This document shows positions 1 to 11,808 of a stretch of DNA of 20,298 bases, in pieces. The DNA comes from Catajapyx aquilonaris (Eukaryota), in contig KZ538046.1 in assembly GCA_000934665.2 (NCBI GenBank), forward strand, positions 124,001 through 144,298, given 5' to 3'. The notes beneath the pieces were generated by a model. That model was not told the DNA's origin and made no database searches. It saw only the letters and a program-made list of their open reading frames with translations. A program made the position numbers and the translations under genes. Within the stretch, counting starts at the first letter, position 1; each line of letters begins with the position of its first letter.

Positions 1-1515
1 CCAAGCGGGTGCAAAAATATGAAATTAGATTTTGTCCACTTGGAAAAGGGAAGTAGGACCCAACATAAGGATGGAAAGAGTGTTGCATAGTGCGCAGGAT
101 GAAGCTCTTACATTTGAAAATATAGTCTAGCTACTCTAGCAAATAAATATTTAGTTGTCTAAATTATTTAGGTTAAGTAACTAAAAATTTGGTTATCTGA
201 CCTAACCTTGTCGTTAGTGTGTTTTGTATTTAACTTTTCCAGTTTGTGAGCGGAATTAACGATGTGCTGCATCAATATTTCAACTTGTTATGACGTCCAA
301 CGTTGGAATTTGATCCACCACCATTAGAGGACGTACTGTACGGTACACCTTGAAATGAGGAAAAGCTGCAGAGTGGTGCTATGGGCAGATCGCTTTTTTT
401 GTATAGTAGCCCTACATTTCGAAAGTCTATGAGGGTAGCAAAAAAGTTGCACACTTATAACATGGGAATGATTACTCTAGTTAATTTAGGCTGAAATACG
501 GAAATTGATGGCATGATAACTTGTGTTATGCTCTAAAAGATGTCATCAAAGAAGATCTTACGTGCCAGGTGATTGGGAAATGGAATGACAGGCAGGATGA
601 CCCTTCTTATCCACGAGTATCATGAACTCACAGTCAGTAATGGAGCCGAAAGCTACCGGACCAATATCGCGTTGGGATATCGCAATTGAACCCATATGTC
701 AGAAATATCGTGCCCACCTTTAGCACCCACCATGAATGATCTCGAATCGGTTCTGTGTGTACTGGAAGAACACCAGCACTGACATCACACAAATGATGGG
801 ACAGAAACGGTACTTTCTAAGGGTATAGTTCCAGTGCCTGGATGGAAGACTATCCTTATCGTATACAGCACCATAAATCCGCCGAGATTAAAATGGGGTT
901 TATGGCTTTTTCAAAACACTCGCATTATTAATTGGCTTCCATTTTACTTCTAGTTACTTCAGATTTTACGCCCTCTTTAAATCTCACGGAGTAAGGCATC
1001 GTGAGAAAAATGTCATGTACAGTGTATAAGGTGGTGCACTGCGTAAGTTCCTATAGTACAGTACAATCCAAGAGGGGTGTGGTGAGTTACAATATGAAAC
1101 GATAGAAAAAGTTTGAAAGTTGAACTAATTGCATGTTTTTCCCCATAAATTGTAACAAATAATACATGCTTCAATGGCAAAAATCTGACTTGACCATCAG
1201 AAAGTACACATACTTATCTACTTGTTACATAACCCGGAACACACTTGATCAAAAATATTTCTATGCTCTTCCTGCATTCAATAACGTCCCTAATGGCCAC
1301 AATGATTGACGCCAATATTTATTCACACCTCTACCACGATATACTCAATGCTATGCATTTCTCCTAGACTTTCTGAGCCTATCTCTGCATTTTAAATCCC
1401 TCCCCAACATCTAACCCGTCCAACCAAGCGCACCAAGTTAAAAACCCTCGAGAGAAGGCTTGCATGGTAAAATGGGTCGGTTGTCCCGGCAGGTCTTCCG
1501 CGTGGCATCTCAGGG

Positions 1516-1602
1516 TCCTCCCTCCCTCCCTCCCCCTCCCCCCATCCTTTCCCCTTCTTCCTTCCTTTCCCTTATACTTAGCAGGCAGGCAAGGCAGGCA
1601 GG
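1516..1602 (+). repeat. Polypyrimidine tract (CCT/CCCT-rich) followed by a degenerate (CAGG)n microsatellite
   Basis: 1516-1573 is pyrimidine-only except A1544. It is followed by TTAG and CAGGCAGGCAAGGCAGGCAGG (1582-1602). Confidence 0.85.
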
Positions 1603-3624
1603 GATCCAATGCCTCTCGACTTTAATGAGCTCGAGGCCTAAGACGTGGCGCTGAATATCCAATCATCTTTTGTGCTGCAAATGCACACCGCACCTAATAA
1701 TCTGGCGGCAACCAATGGAATCGCCATTCAGGTGACGTTCGCCGCTCGGGCTCCTCGTTATCTCCGGGACAGCCCACAAAAGACGCTCCGGACACTTCGC
1801 CCCCTCCGGAAAACCCCCTGCCTCCTACCACCCCCCCTTCCCTTTACACAATAAGTACTGCTGGGCCTATATTCGGCTCACACTTTGCCCGTCTTATTAT
1901 GGCCAAACTCAAGGCAGCGAGGCTTATGTGCCCCACAGATAGAAGGCCTCGCATTAAAGGCTCATGTTCCTCGATTGGCAGCCCCTCTTCAAAGGTGACC
2001 TGGGACCTGATCAGATCCTCAAAGTGCCTTTCATGCCAGATAAGATTCACATCCGTGTTGCTCTACCTTATTACACGTGTTCATTCCGCTAGCAAGCCTA
2101 GATGACGCTTCTCTCTAATGGGGAAAAGGAAGGAAGGAAGAGGAAGGAACCGAGCCAGAAGGGTTGCGGGTTTGCAGGATGAGACACCCGATACATCGTG
2201 TGGGAAGTAATCAACCGCAGGGATGATTACACAGGCTGCAAAGATCATGTTCGACAATCTGATGTTGTTGATTAGCATTTTACTTTGAATCATCATTCAT
2301 TACATTTTCACCTACAAGAAGTGTGGTCAGCGGTGAAGTAAAAGAAGCGTTCAACATATTCGTTGTAATAAAGAACAAGTCTTCAAATATTTAAAAAGCT
2401 CAGAAGATGCACAATATTTAAATGAAGAATGACATATTTTACATATATTGAATTATTGAGTACATTCAAACAGTAAAGATTTTAGTTCATTCATCCAACA
2501 AGAGATGGCAGGAATGACACGTGTCCGTCAGATGCCACTCTCGACAACCATATGTGTTATAACATAAGTATTTTCATCATCAACAACAGCAATAACACAG
2601 CACACCAATATTTGGCATCAGAAAATGAGTTAAGTCGAATTATTGAAGGCTTCTAATAAATGCAGCATTTTAAATGAACATTTCACCTGCCTTTTCTAAT
2701 CTAAAAGTATAGCCCTACTTCAAATCACCAGTTCCTAATCGCCAACAAACCTAATAATTATCCAACCACCCCCACTTTTCCTCAGATTCCACATTCATCC
2801 AGAACTGAAAAATGCTTTCCACATTTCGCAAACACTCTTTGACAACTGATGACGCCGATAATTCCGCCCGCTTAGTCAATGCAAATGGCAAATATGAATT
2901 CCTGCCTCCCTCGCCATACCACAAAAAAAAAACCCTCGCTCTTTTTTTTTTATTAAAAAAAATGTCAGGCAACTGGGTTGAGATTAGGACAGTAGTTGGT
3001 CGGGGGGTGTGAATCAACAGGCTGGAGGCCGAAAATATGTGCTGGCAAAGTGGGGAAGAGGCGTGCGATAGGGGTCAGTAAACAAAATTGTATCGCGTTG
3101 GCCAAGTAATTACGCTATATAAACGCGATCTGTGGTCTCAATAGAGTAAGTTATTAACAGGGAATATTGCGTGGAATAAATCTTGTGGTCGGCCACAGCT
3201 TGTTCACAGTTGGAGCATTCGTTTGCAGGGGGTCCTCCCAGAGAAATTGAATCGCGCCCTGCTGCCTAATCGCATTCAGCAGTGTCCACTCTGCACACAG
3301 GTGCTGCAGATTGATTAAAAAATTTAGGAACGTGCATTAACGCACTCGCTGCAGATTAACGCTGCCAATGTGACTCTATCATCCATGAGTGAGTGCAAAT
3401 GGGATTCATAATCTGGCCGCCATCTACCTAACCCACAAAAAAATGTTTTCCCTCCAAAAAAATGTGCGGTGTGTAAGAAATCCGATGGTTTTTCATTAGA
3501 TTCACGGTACTTGTTATCTCGGGGGCTCAAAAATACATGTCGCGCTCGTTTTACCCCGGCGGCTGTGGCCAGGTAGAATATTTGTTCCCGTCCGCAGTTT
3601 TGTTTCCCCGGGCTCGAAAGAGTG

Positions 3625-3810
3625 ATGATGATTAATCGTCGGGCTGAAGAGCTAAACGATGCTCGCTAATGATCTTTGTGATTGATACAGATGCTCGGTT
3701 TGCTTCCAAATTACTCATACTTTCAATACATTAACAAAATTGGGCTGGAAAGGCAATTATGCTGAATCAGCCTGAACGGGACATTTCCTATCGCCAGTGC
3801 ATTGTTGTGT
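3625..3810. promoter_or_regulatory. Candidate developmental enhancer / conserved non-coding element
   Basis: High-complexity block with Pbx/Hox-type TGATTGAT (3679-3686), MARE-like palindrome TGCTGAATCAGCC (3760-3772) with an AT-rich 5' flank, Sox site CATTGTT (3800-3806) and several TAAT cores. Motif evidence only. Confidence 0.4.
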
Positions 3811-4339
3811 GCGGTGTATGTGGTATTACTTTTTTTTAGTGTAGTTTAGAGTGAAAGGGGGAAATTTTTGCCATTGCCGTGGTCGAATATTATCCGGTCC
3901 ATGTTGCACCCTACACCTCAACTGCAATAAAAATGCAAAATGGAGAGCAGGATGAAGATGGAATTATCGGATGACATGGGAAAAGATTGTTTCACATGTG
4001 CTGGACGGTGATTGGAGCGTTTTTGAAGCACGCACTCGTGCCAATATTGATTGCACTCGTTGTACTACTACATCCATGCGTTCAGATAAATACCAGAAGG
4101 GCGGAAAAAAGCGGCGGGCTTTAATTCATCAGCAAGGAAATCGAGTCGATTAATAAAGCGCCACCGTTAATGATGATTCGACGGAAATTCGGTGTCATAT
4201 TTGTTTTCCAGGTGAAACTGCACAGATACGAAGGTGGTATACCATATGTGGAAAAAATATCCCGACAGTGTGTGTATAAGCCTATAGCCAGGCATGAGCA
4301 GGGGCGGCTAGTTTTCCCGGTGATAGTTGCTTTAAAGCG

Positions 4340-4760
4340 AGCGAGTTCTAATCCAACCAAACATGAATTATGCCGCAATTCTACATTGTCATGCTGCATC
4401 ATCGCCATCAATTCATTTATGTTTCATAGTGGCGCTAATGTTGCATGGTGATGGTGGTAAATGAGAGCTGGTATTCATAAATTGAAAGCGCAATATCCTG
4501 TATGGTTTAGAGTTTGCTCATCAACCAATGGAAGTGCGATTAGGCCTAGTGAAATTATCAATTCATATTACTCCAATTAGAATTAATTGGGATATAGGGC
4601 TACGGGCCGGAGGAAACTATGTATAATGTGTCCCACAGTGTAATTAGGCTGTGGTCAGCGGGGTTGCCATATTTCACAGCGAGTGAGGCAAACGCGGCGT
4701 GCCAGTGCCATGTTAAATGCAAAGCGGACTGATTCTGTGATTGGAGAGGCCAGCTCGTCA
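4340..4760. promoter_or_regulatory. Candidate homeodomain-rich enhancer block
   Basis: Dense TAAT/ATTA and ATTCAT cores, ATCAATTCAT twice (4407-4416, 4557-4566), CCAATTAGAATTAATTGG (about 4574-4591), and CCAAT boxes at about 4525 (+) and about 4740 (TGATTGG). Confidence 0.4.
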
Positions 4761-5674
4761 TGGGCCGGCCTTCCATGATGCACACAGCCGCGCAAATTGC
4801 CGCCTCCATCACTCCTCCCCACACTCATGCACTGCCCCAACCCTCCCCCCATCTACACATACTATATGCCACCGACCCTGTCCTACTACAACGCCATTGC
4901 TGTTTTCCCTTCGAAACAAAAAGTAAATAAATAAATAATAATTCATCCAGTCCCCTTCAGGCAAAGGCACCAAATTGCATTCAAGTCTAGGCGAAATCAT
5001 CTCTCCAAGACACCGGTGCAGGTTCCCGTAACAAAGTCAAGCTCTTGGACCTCCAGCGACGGAGAGGTTGGGCGGTTTCAAGCCTTTGCAATTAGCATAT
5101 CGTTAGAAGATGATTAGCTAGCCTCATGCAGGCCCTAGTCTTAGCCCTCCCGGCCCACCAAAGATAGTGGAATTACAAATCGGTTCGCTTCTTATGCTCC
5201 TTGGGTCCCTGAGCTAACAGAGTGCCCGTCCTTACACAAATTTGTAATTCCACCCACCCCTCACTGCTGCAACCTTACTTTTCAGGGTGGGCGGGTGCTG
5301 GCTAAATTTATGGCCGAAGCCGAGTTTCCTCGATAATAGTCAGCCTGTGAGCTTCAACCCAAAACCGTCAGCGGAATTTATTGAGTGACTGACGCTTGCT
5401 CAACATTCGCGCGTGCAAGTCTTTCCCTCCGATTTCTACAACCAAAACCTTCTTATATAAAACCGTTCATCGAGCACTTTGAACTAAGGCTAACAATGCA
5501 GATAAGGCTCTCTCAGAATTAATGCTTATAAGGTCGGAAAAGTATCCGGGCGCATGAATTATTCAGGACCAGCTTACTTTGACTTTCTGCCTGGGTCAAA
5601 ATTAGCTAATTAAATCTACGACGGACAGCAAACGTGATAAATATGCTCCGTCTCTAGGGCGGTACCGGCATCAA

Positions 5675-5815
5675 GGGGGGGGGGGGGGGGANTGTCTGCT
5701 GGATTGAGGATCCAGAGAAAAGGATAGGAAAGGAATTTAGGGAGAGGAAGGAGAGTCGCTCACATGCCACTTCTCAGTCCAGAGAGAGAGAGGTAGGGGA
5801 AAAGGGGGGGGGGGG
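5675..5815 (+). repeat. Purine-rich low-complexity island bracketed by poly-G runs, with a short GA repeat
   Basis: G16 at 5675-5690 (next to an N at 5692), G12 at 5804-5815, and (AG)n at about 5781-5792. Confidence 0.8.
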
Positions 5816-7398
5816 ACAGTCTCACTTCCATCCACGACATTATGTTTTATTCACGTCCTCCAGCTCAAGTCGATACGACAGAAAAAGAGAGACCTGCATT
5901 CCACCCCTTGCGAATTGTTCAGTTGGGCTCCCAGCAGTTTCGATCAAAGCAATCGGAGAATGTGGACACAAGCTACACATATGAGACATTCCATGTGAAA
6001 CTATGTGGCCAGATTCCTCCTTCTCAGAAGTCGTCTGGAAGCGTGCGTGGTATTTATATGTAGCCTCATTTATTATCATTTTTTTCCACATTTTTTTGGG
6101 GTTTGTTGAAGGCATCTTCTCTCCGCCTCACTTTCCAGTGCTGGAGAGTGTCGTCTGTGTGCAGAGGTTGTGAATTGATTAGTTCCTGCCCGCTGGCTCT
6201 GCTCGCTTCCAAGGCGACCATGGACTTGTTCCCAGGGAGATTCCAGGGAATTAATTCTGGCGGACTATCCACTCTGCCCTCTTACTGCTCATTCCAACCG
6301 GCTTTCCTCCTCAGAGTACATTTTCATTTTGCCCACTCGCGCCAATTATCACAACTTTCTTCTTCATCCGAGTAGACCCTGGCAAAATAATCATGGCAGG
6401 TCGAGGTATATATGCATGGGATAGACCGGACCCTAAAAAAGGGTGCTTGGAGAGTCTAGATTCCGACATCGATTGCGGCTGGAAGTTTGTCAAACTTTGG
6501 AGGCCTCTGACCTCTCACTGGCTTGGTTGGCCCCAGATCTCATACATAAACTGCCCAGTGGCAACCAAACAAAAACGAGGGTGTATCAAGGCCAAGGTCG
6601 GACTGTCCACTGGACAATGTTTCACCCAAAAAATGGTTCCAAAAAAGGCCTCTGACATTTGAACAACTTTCCACTCGGGAATTAGATAGGGGCGAGGTTC
6701 CTATTTGCGTGCGTGTACAGCAACATTTAGGGGAGGTAATTGATCGAGAAATTAGGGTAAACATTTGGCTGTTAGGATGTTGCGCTCTCCTGTAATCAGA
6801 CTACAACTCGCTGCATTAACTGATAGGAATGCAGCAAGGCGATCCTCTCTCGGCACATTAAGCAAACGGCAGCCCCGCCTCACACCTATGAAATTGCACG
6901 ATGTATTTTTCATCCTAGGAGGCGCCACCTTGGAAAGCCGCTGAAGGAAGGCACATAAAATCTCTGAGAGCGCAGATAAAGGGCTAGCAAGTAAAAAATG
7001 GAGCTCGGCTATAACTTTGCTGTTTTGTTTTGTTGCTTTGTTATCCGGGGCTTTACTGCTGCACTAAACTTTGTCCTAAGGGCGCAACTACAAACACACA
7101 GAAAGGAAGCGCTCTATTCCTTCCTCCCAAGCCCACCCTCGACAACAGCTTTCCTTACGCGCATTAATTAAGTGGGCCTAAGGTTAGTTCTCCTTTTCCC
7201 CGGTCACCTCTGCCGCAAGTTCCTCCGGGCAAATAAAATACCCCACCGGATATTATTGCCTCAGCCCCATGTCTCCAAATGGAGAGAAGTTCCGACTCTT
7301 AGCATCATCCAATGCGAGAAGACTTGGGTTTGCCGTCAAAAGCAATCCTTACGCCCCCCCCCCCCCNCTTATGTTAATTATCACCTTCATCTAAAATC

Positions 7399-7491
7399 TT
7401 TTGGCGCAAAAGTTTATTCCCCAAAGAATAATTTTTTATTGCTTGACAAGGCAGGCTGTTTCAAGACTTTGAGCTCTATTTTGGCGCAAAA
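7399..7491. promoter_or_regulatory. Pair of identical 13-mers containing the E2F consensus TTTGGCGC
   Basis: TTTTGGCGCAAAA at 7399-7411 and 7479-7491, 80 bp apart. Matches E2F TTTSSCGC. Confidence 0.35.
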
Positions 7492-7641
7492 TCCTACTAC
7501 GTACAAAAGGAGGCTGAAAGCGCTGGATATTTTATTCAAAGTATCCCCAAATGATAATCCAGGGGCGCTGGCGGCTGCAAAATGCCAAGTATTCGTGGCA
7601 CTTTGGCAGCACTTTCTTGACTATATATCCGCAAGGAGTGA

Positions 7642-7700
7642 GGGTGGGGGGGGGGGGTATGGAAAGGGATGGGAGGGACTTGCCTTCAACTTGGTGGGGG
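7642..7700 (+). other. G-rich tract with G-quadruplex potential
   Basis: GGGT-G12 (7646-7657)-TATGGAAAGGGATGGGAGGG, then a further G7 run. Confidence 0.6.
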
Positions 7701-7945
7701 GGATGAGATGGAAGAAAAGGAGGTAGAAGGACCGGAAAGAAAAGAGAGAAGAAGTTGGGCGCTGGAATTCGGCACTTCCATTTTCCCCTCACTCCCTTAC
7801 TGACTTGTCTTCTCGTTTTTGGACATTTTCCCTCCTGAATACCGATGGCAGCTTTATCTACGGGCCCTCAAGACCTTTTCCACCACTTTTGCGACCCGGT
7901 CCTCATACATAAAAGATGGACAAAAATTACTCCATTCATAGCTCC

Positions 7946-7959
7946 CAAGTAGGTGGCAG
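7946..7959 (+). promoter_or_regulatory. Candidate CTCF site
   Basis: CAAGTAGGTGGCAG against core consensus CCASYAGRKGGCRS, one mismatch. Confidence 0.35.
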
Positions 7960-10900
7960 ACACAATTGGCATCAACTTTCACGGGTAACTTGGGAGATTC
8001 TTCCCTCAAGCACCCCCCCCCTTTCCCCCACCCCCTTTCTATTCTAAAAATCAGGTAGCTGTTTGCCGGTTCAGAAAACCGGTCCGGAGTTTGAAAAGGG
8101 TCGAGGCCCAACTTTGATCATTTGAAACTAAAGAAGCTTTTAAAATGAATAAGGGAGGGCTCAAATTAAAACTTTTTGAGATATTTGCGTTATAGAACTG
8201 CGAAAGTTCCTTTTACTGCATCTGGCGTTCTATAGCTAGATAAAGATAGCTTGAATTATAGCATATAGTTGCAAAAATATTCCAAGCATGTTTTTCTTGA
8301 AATATTTACATATACACCCCAGAAATAATTTCGCATCCAAATTATTCAACCATTTTCCATCCATCTTTGTATATCAAGTAACCTTCGAGCAAATTTGCAT
8401 ATATCCGCCCACTACACTTATGAGAGCCAGGCTGTAACCCACAAGAGCATCTGATGGTAATATCTCCCAGTCCCAAACAGCCGCCTATACGATGCGAAAC
8501 GAGATGGGGTGCTACAGACAGCCCTGTGATTGGTCGAGCAACCTGAAAAGATTTCCCTTCACTCCACTAATCAGTAATGAAATAGCAAGCAGCTTCAACG
8601 GACATCTGCCCTGCCATGTTGTAATATGACGTCCCTAATAAAGAAAGGGGAGGGGTTGAATATTTGAAAAAAGAAAAAAAAAAGAAAAAGGAGTTCCGAC
8701 CGATAGGAGTTGTAATGTTTAGTTGTTTCGTAAATGAAGAAGAGTGTAGTTTTATACATCAGGCGAGAAGATTTTGGAGGTAATTTCCTGGTCCAACTTT
8801 TCTCATCCTCGCCCACTTGGCAGATAAGGTCCCATTTTTGCTTAATCCATCACAGTGTTTATACATTTCGGGAGTTATGGGTGCGAGATAGGAAATGAGG
8901 GTAGAAAATGAGGTCCTGGAGTTTCACGTATTTCACATCGAAATCCCTGGCTCGCATCCGCCTGAAAATGACTCTCCAGTGTGGCAGAAACTCAGCTTTG
9001 CGAAAATCCGCAAAAAAAAGTACAATCGGGTATACCGTTTTTGGTGGAAGGAGAAGGGTGGAATGGTCGTTACCAAGAAGTAATTTGCTCGTAAAAGATC
9101 ACTTTCATTTCTTCCATGCACAGATAGTTTGTTTGGAAACACCCTGCCTGACGCGATCTGCTTCCATTTCCGCAGGCAGAAATAAAGCGTCCTCATCCAG
9201 ATTCCTATCGCAAAATGCTACGACGCGCGCCCAAGAGATGTTTATGTCTAACGCAAATGCGATTCTATCCACTCTCCCATTCCTATAGTTGAAACAACGG
9301 CAAAAAAAAATTTGGCCATTTTTTTTACTTGACCTGACAGGATTTTGGCGAGATAAGGGTGTAGTTTTTCGCTCTGGTGTGAGTTGGGTGACATGTTAAA
9401 CAATCTGGGAGCATGTAAATGGTTGGAATTACCATGAGGATGCACTAAGAACTCGACGTTTACCCTAAAAGTTAGCTGATAATTCAATGTTTCCGACTCA
9501 GGGTCTAACTAGATTTGGATTCCTAGTGAACTCGACATGGTTGTTGCTGGAGTTTTCACCAACTCTTAAAAAATAAAAACAAAAGATTCTGCAGAACATT
9601 TACCAACATGTGCACAATGTACTACCGTACTAGTATTGAAATAAATCAAGTTGTTTTATAGCTAAACTGCAATCCTTATAATGTGTACACATAAAGTGAT
9701 TGTACAGTACAGTATATATATATAAAACATGGTGGTCTTATACGCTGAATGGCAAATTTTCACATTTTATTGACGGGTATGTCAAATACCCGGAGGATTC
9801 CTTTGATTATGTAGGGATTGAAGCACAGAGTGCATAAAATATTACTATCATAATTATAATTAAACCCCCAGGCTCTCTCGTCAACAACAACATGTGACCA
9901 GCGCCACTGGTATGCTGGAGATCCGTGTCATGTTAACTATATATAGTAATTATTAAAAACGTATGCCATAATTTCACTTGCGCATAGTAAAAGTGTACAA
10001 TAATGTCGATTATCTAGAAAATATTGAAGGTTTTACTGCATCGACATCAATTTAACATCAGCCTTACTTGTATTACTTTATTATTATTAATGATTATTGT
10101 TTGTGTCAAAATACATGTCACCGTCAAAACAATACGCTTCACAATCTATAACATATTCATAAAATATAGATTATCACCGGTATTTATATACGGGCTCTAT
10201 ACTTTGGGCTGTATAGTGATAAGCAATACAAATCCCGCTAATGGCGCTCTATTTAATCCACATTGGTGATTGTCACAGTAGAGTTAGAAGACAATAACGT
10301 TATTGTCAAATAATTGCAATTATAATCCAGTCTGCATTGTCAACAACATAATGCCATTAAATAAGCCCCAGTTAATATAACATTTGAGAAGAGTGCGTGC
10401 GGAAGAGGTCAAATTTCTGGTCAACATTGTTGCAAAAAGTAATGTTCGGTTCAAGCGCTTCAACAGTCTCCCGGTATTTTCTTGTACCTTTGTCAGGTTG
10501 AAGACTACTACATTCAATATATTTCACATATATCACTTTAATCTACATTAAATATTAATTATCTCGGAGTATATTTCATCGAGCCATTTTTAATAAAGCA
10601 AGCGTGTTGCATTCTGAAATAGTATGAGTAAGTGTTCGGTTATTCACATTGAGTTATTATTTATTCAAGCTTCTCCTTAAAATTGGACTTGAACTTTTGA
10701 ATCCATTTTCATTCAATATGAGTGAAATTTACTGAAACTGCTTGTGAAATTGTTAGTGAATTCATTATCTCGTTCGTTCGTAATTGCGCAAAAAATTCCA
10801 AAATTTGCTGAAGTGAGTTAAGAATTTGAAATTTCTAGAGTGTACAGAAAGACCCCGAGTATACTGTACATTAATAAGTTATGCAAGTACTACACACTAA

Positions 10901-11564
10901 CGTATGCGCTTTTCCATAAAGATGGTTTACAGTATAATCCTCACTTGTGCTGGCAGTCAGTGGAATTAGAAATGTAATTCCTAAGCAGTTCCCTTGTGCC
11001 GCTTTTTTGTCGCAATTTTTTTTTGCGTACTTTTGCACGAATATATACGGCAAAGAGCTTCCTTCCGCTCTCGGTTGTCGGATAAGCGTCTCCACAGCTG
11101 CCGCCAAAAGGAGCAAAAACGCCGCCTACAAAGATCCTCCTCGCTTTTAACATCCGCACATTCCTCTCATTTAAAAAAAAATCATTCCTTATTTACCTTC
11201 TACCAAACAGGCAAGGAATGACTCGCCATTTCCCTGTCCCATATGTGTCATTTGTCCCCACACTTCGGTCCAGTTTGTGACCGTTGGCCGATTGAAAAGA
11301 ATCAGCTTCCGATCCGCAAACAGCATTGGGATTCGGTGGGAAGGTTTGTTTCTCACCATGGGGATCCGCAACGGCTCCATTACATAAAAAAAGGACTGGT
11401 CAGTCTCGTCCAGAGGAAAGGAGATGACCAAACCTGCTGGGTTACATCCCCCAAAAAAGTGGGGATGCCGTCCTGCCTAAATGTTGCCACTGCATACACA
11501 TGCATGTGTGTGTGTGTGGGGAGGGCCCGAGAGAGCGTGAGAAATGTTCCAAGCCGAGCAGAGA

Positions 11565-11655
11565 GGTGGGTGGGGAAGGATTTAGGGGAAATGGGAGGGG
11601 GATGGGGAGGGCGGTTAGAGGAGCGGGGTGGGGGTAGAGGTGGAGTGGTGGGGGA
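11565..11655 (+). other. G-rich tract with multiple G3+ runs (G-quadruplex potential) upstream of a putative TSS
   Basis: GGGTGGGG...GGGG...GGGAGGGGGATGGGGAGGG...GGGGTGGGGG...GGGGG; more than 8 G-runs in about 90 nt. Confidence 0.65.
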
Positions 11656-11702
11656 AGAGCCGTGTCCAGTCGGCAGCTTGACCAAAAGCCCCACGACTCT
11701 GC

Positions 11703-11752
11703 TCAGTTTGGTCCAGACTCCAGGCTCAGGTGCGACAACTGCAAATTTCCAG
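11703..11752 (+). other. Putative short non-coding first exon (5' boundary uncertain)
   Basis: Inr-like TCAGTT at 11703-11708 after a G/purine-rich tract, and strong donor CAG|GTATGT at 11752/11753 followed by GT/G-rich intron-like sequence. Confidence 0.3.
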
Positions 11753-11808
11753 GTATGTGAGTGTGTGGGGGAGTGTGTGGGAGGCGGGTAGACTCCCGGG
11801 GTAAAAGT

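Noticed and set aside
188..198. TTTGGTTATCT resembles miR-9-5p
   Set aside because: Only 11 nt match; the 5' end and 3' half differ, and it lies on the 3' arm of a hairpin with almost no loop.
843..911. TGGAAGACTA (miR-7 start) and TATGGCTTTTT (miR-135 start)
   Set aside because: Matches stop after 10-11 nt and no precursor hairpin is evident; expected by chance.
1709..4533. Exact 12-mer CAACCAATGGAA at 1709 and 4522
   Set aside because: Several distant 12-mer matches are expected by chance in 20 kb.
7172..7726. 184-aa + strand ORF
   Set aside because: GTG start, crosses a C13 run with an N and a G12 run, and has no recognisable domain.
8908..9288. 126-aa + strand ORF
   Set aside because: No recognisable motif; several overlapping ORFs of similar quality in other frames.
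11335..11358. Head-to-head Su(H)/CSL-like sites GTGGGAA...TTCTCAC
   Set aside because: The 7-bp spacer is far shorter than the roughly 15-17 bp of canonical paired sites.
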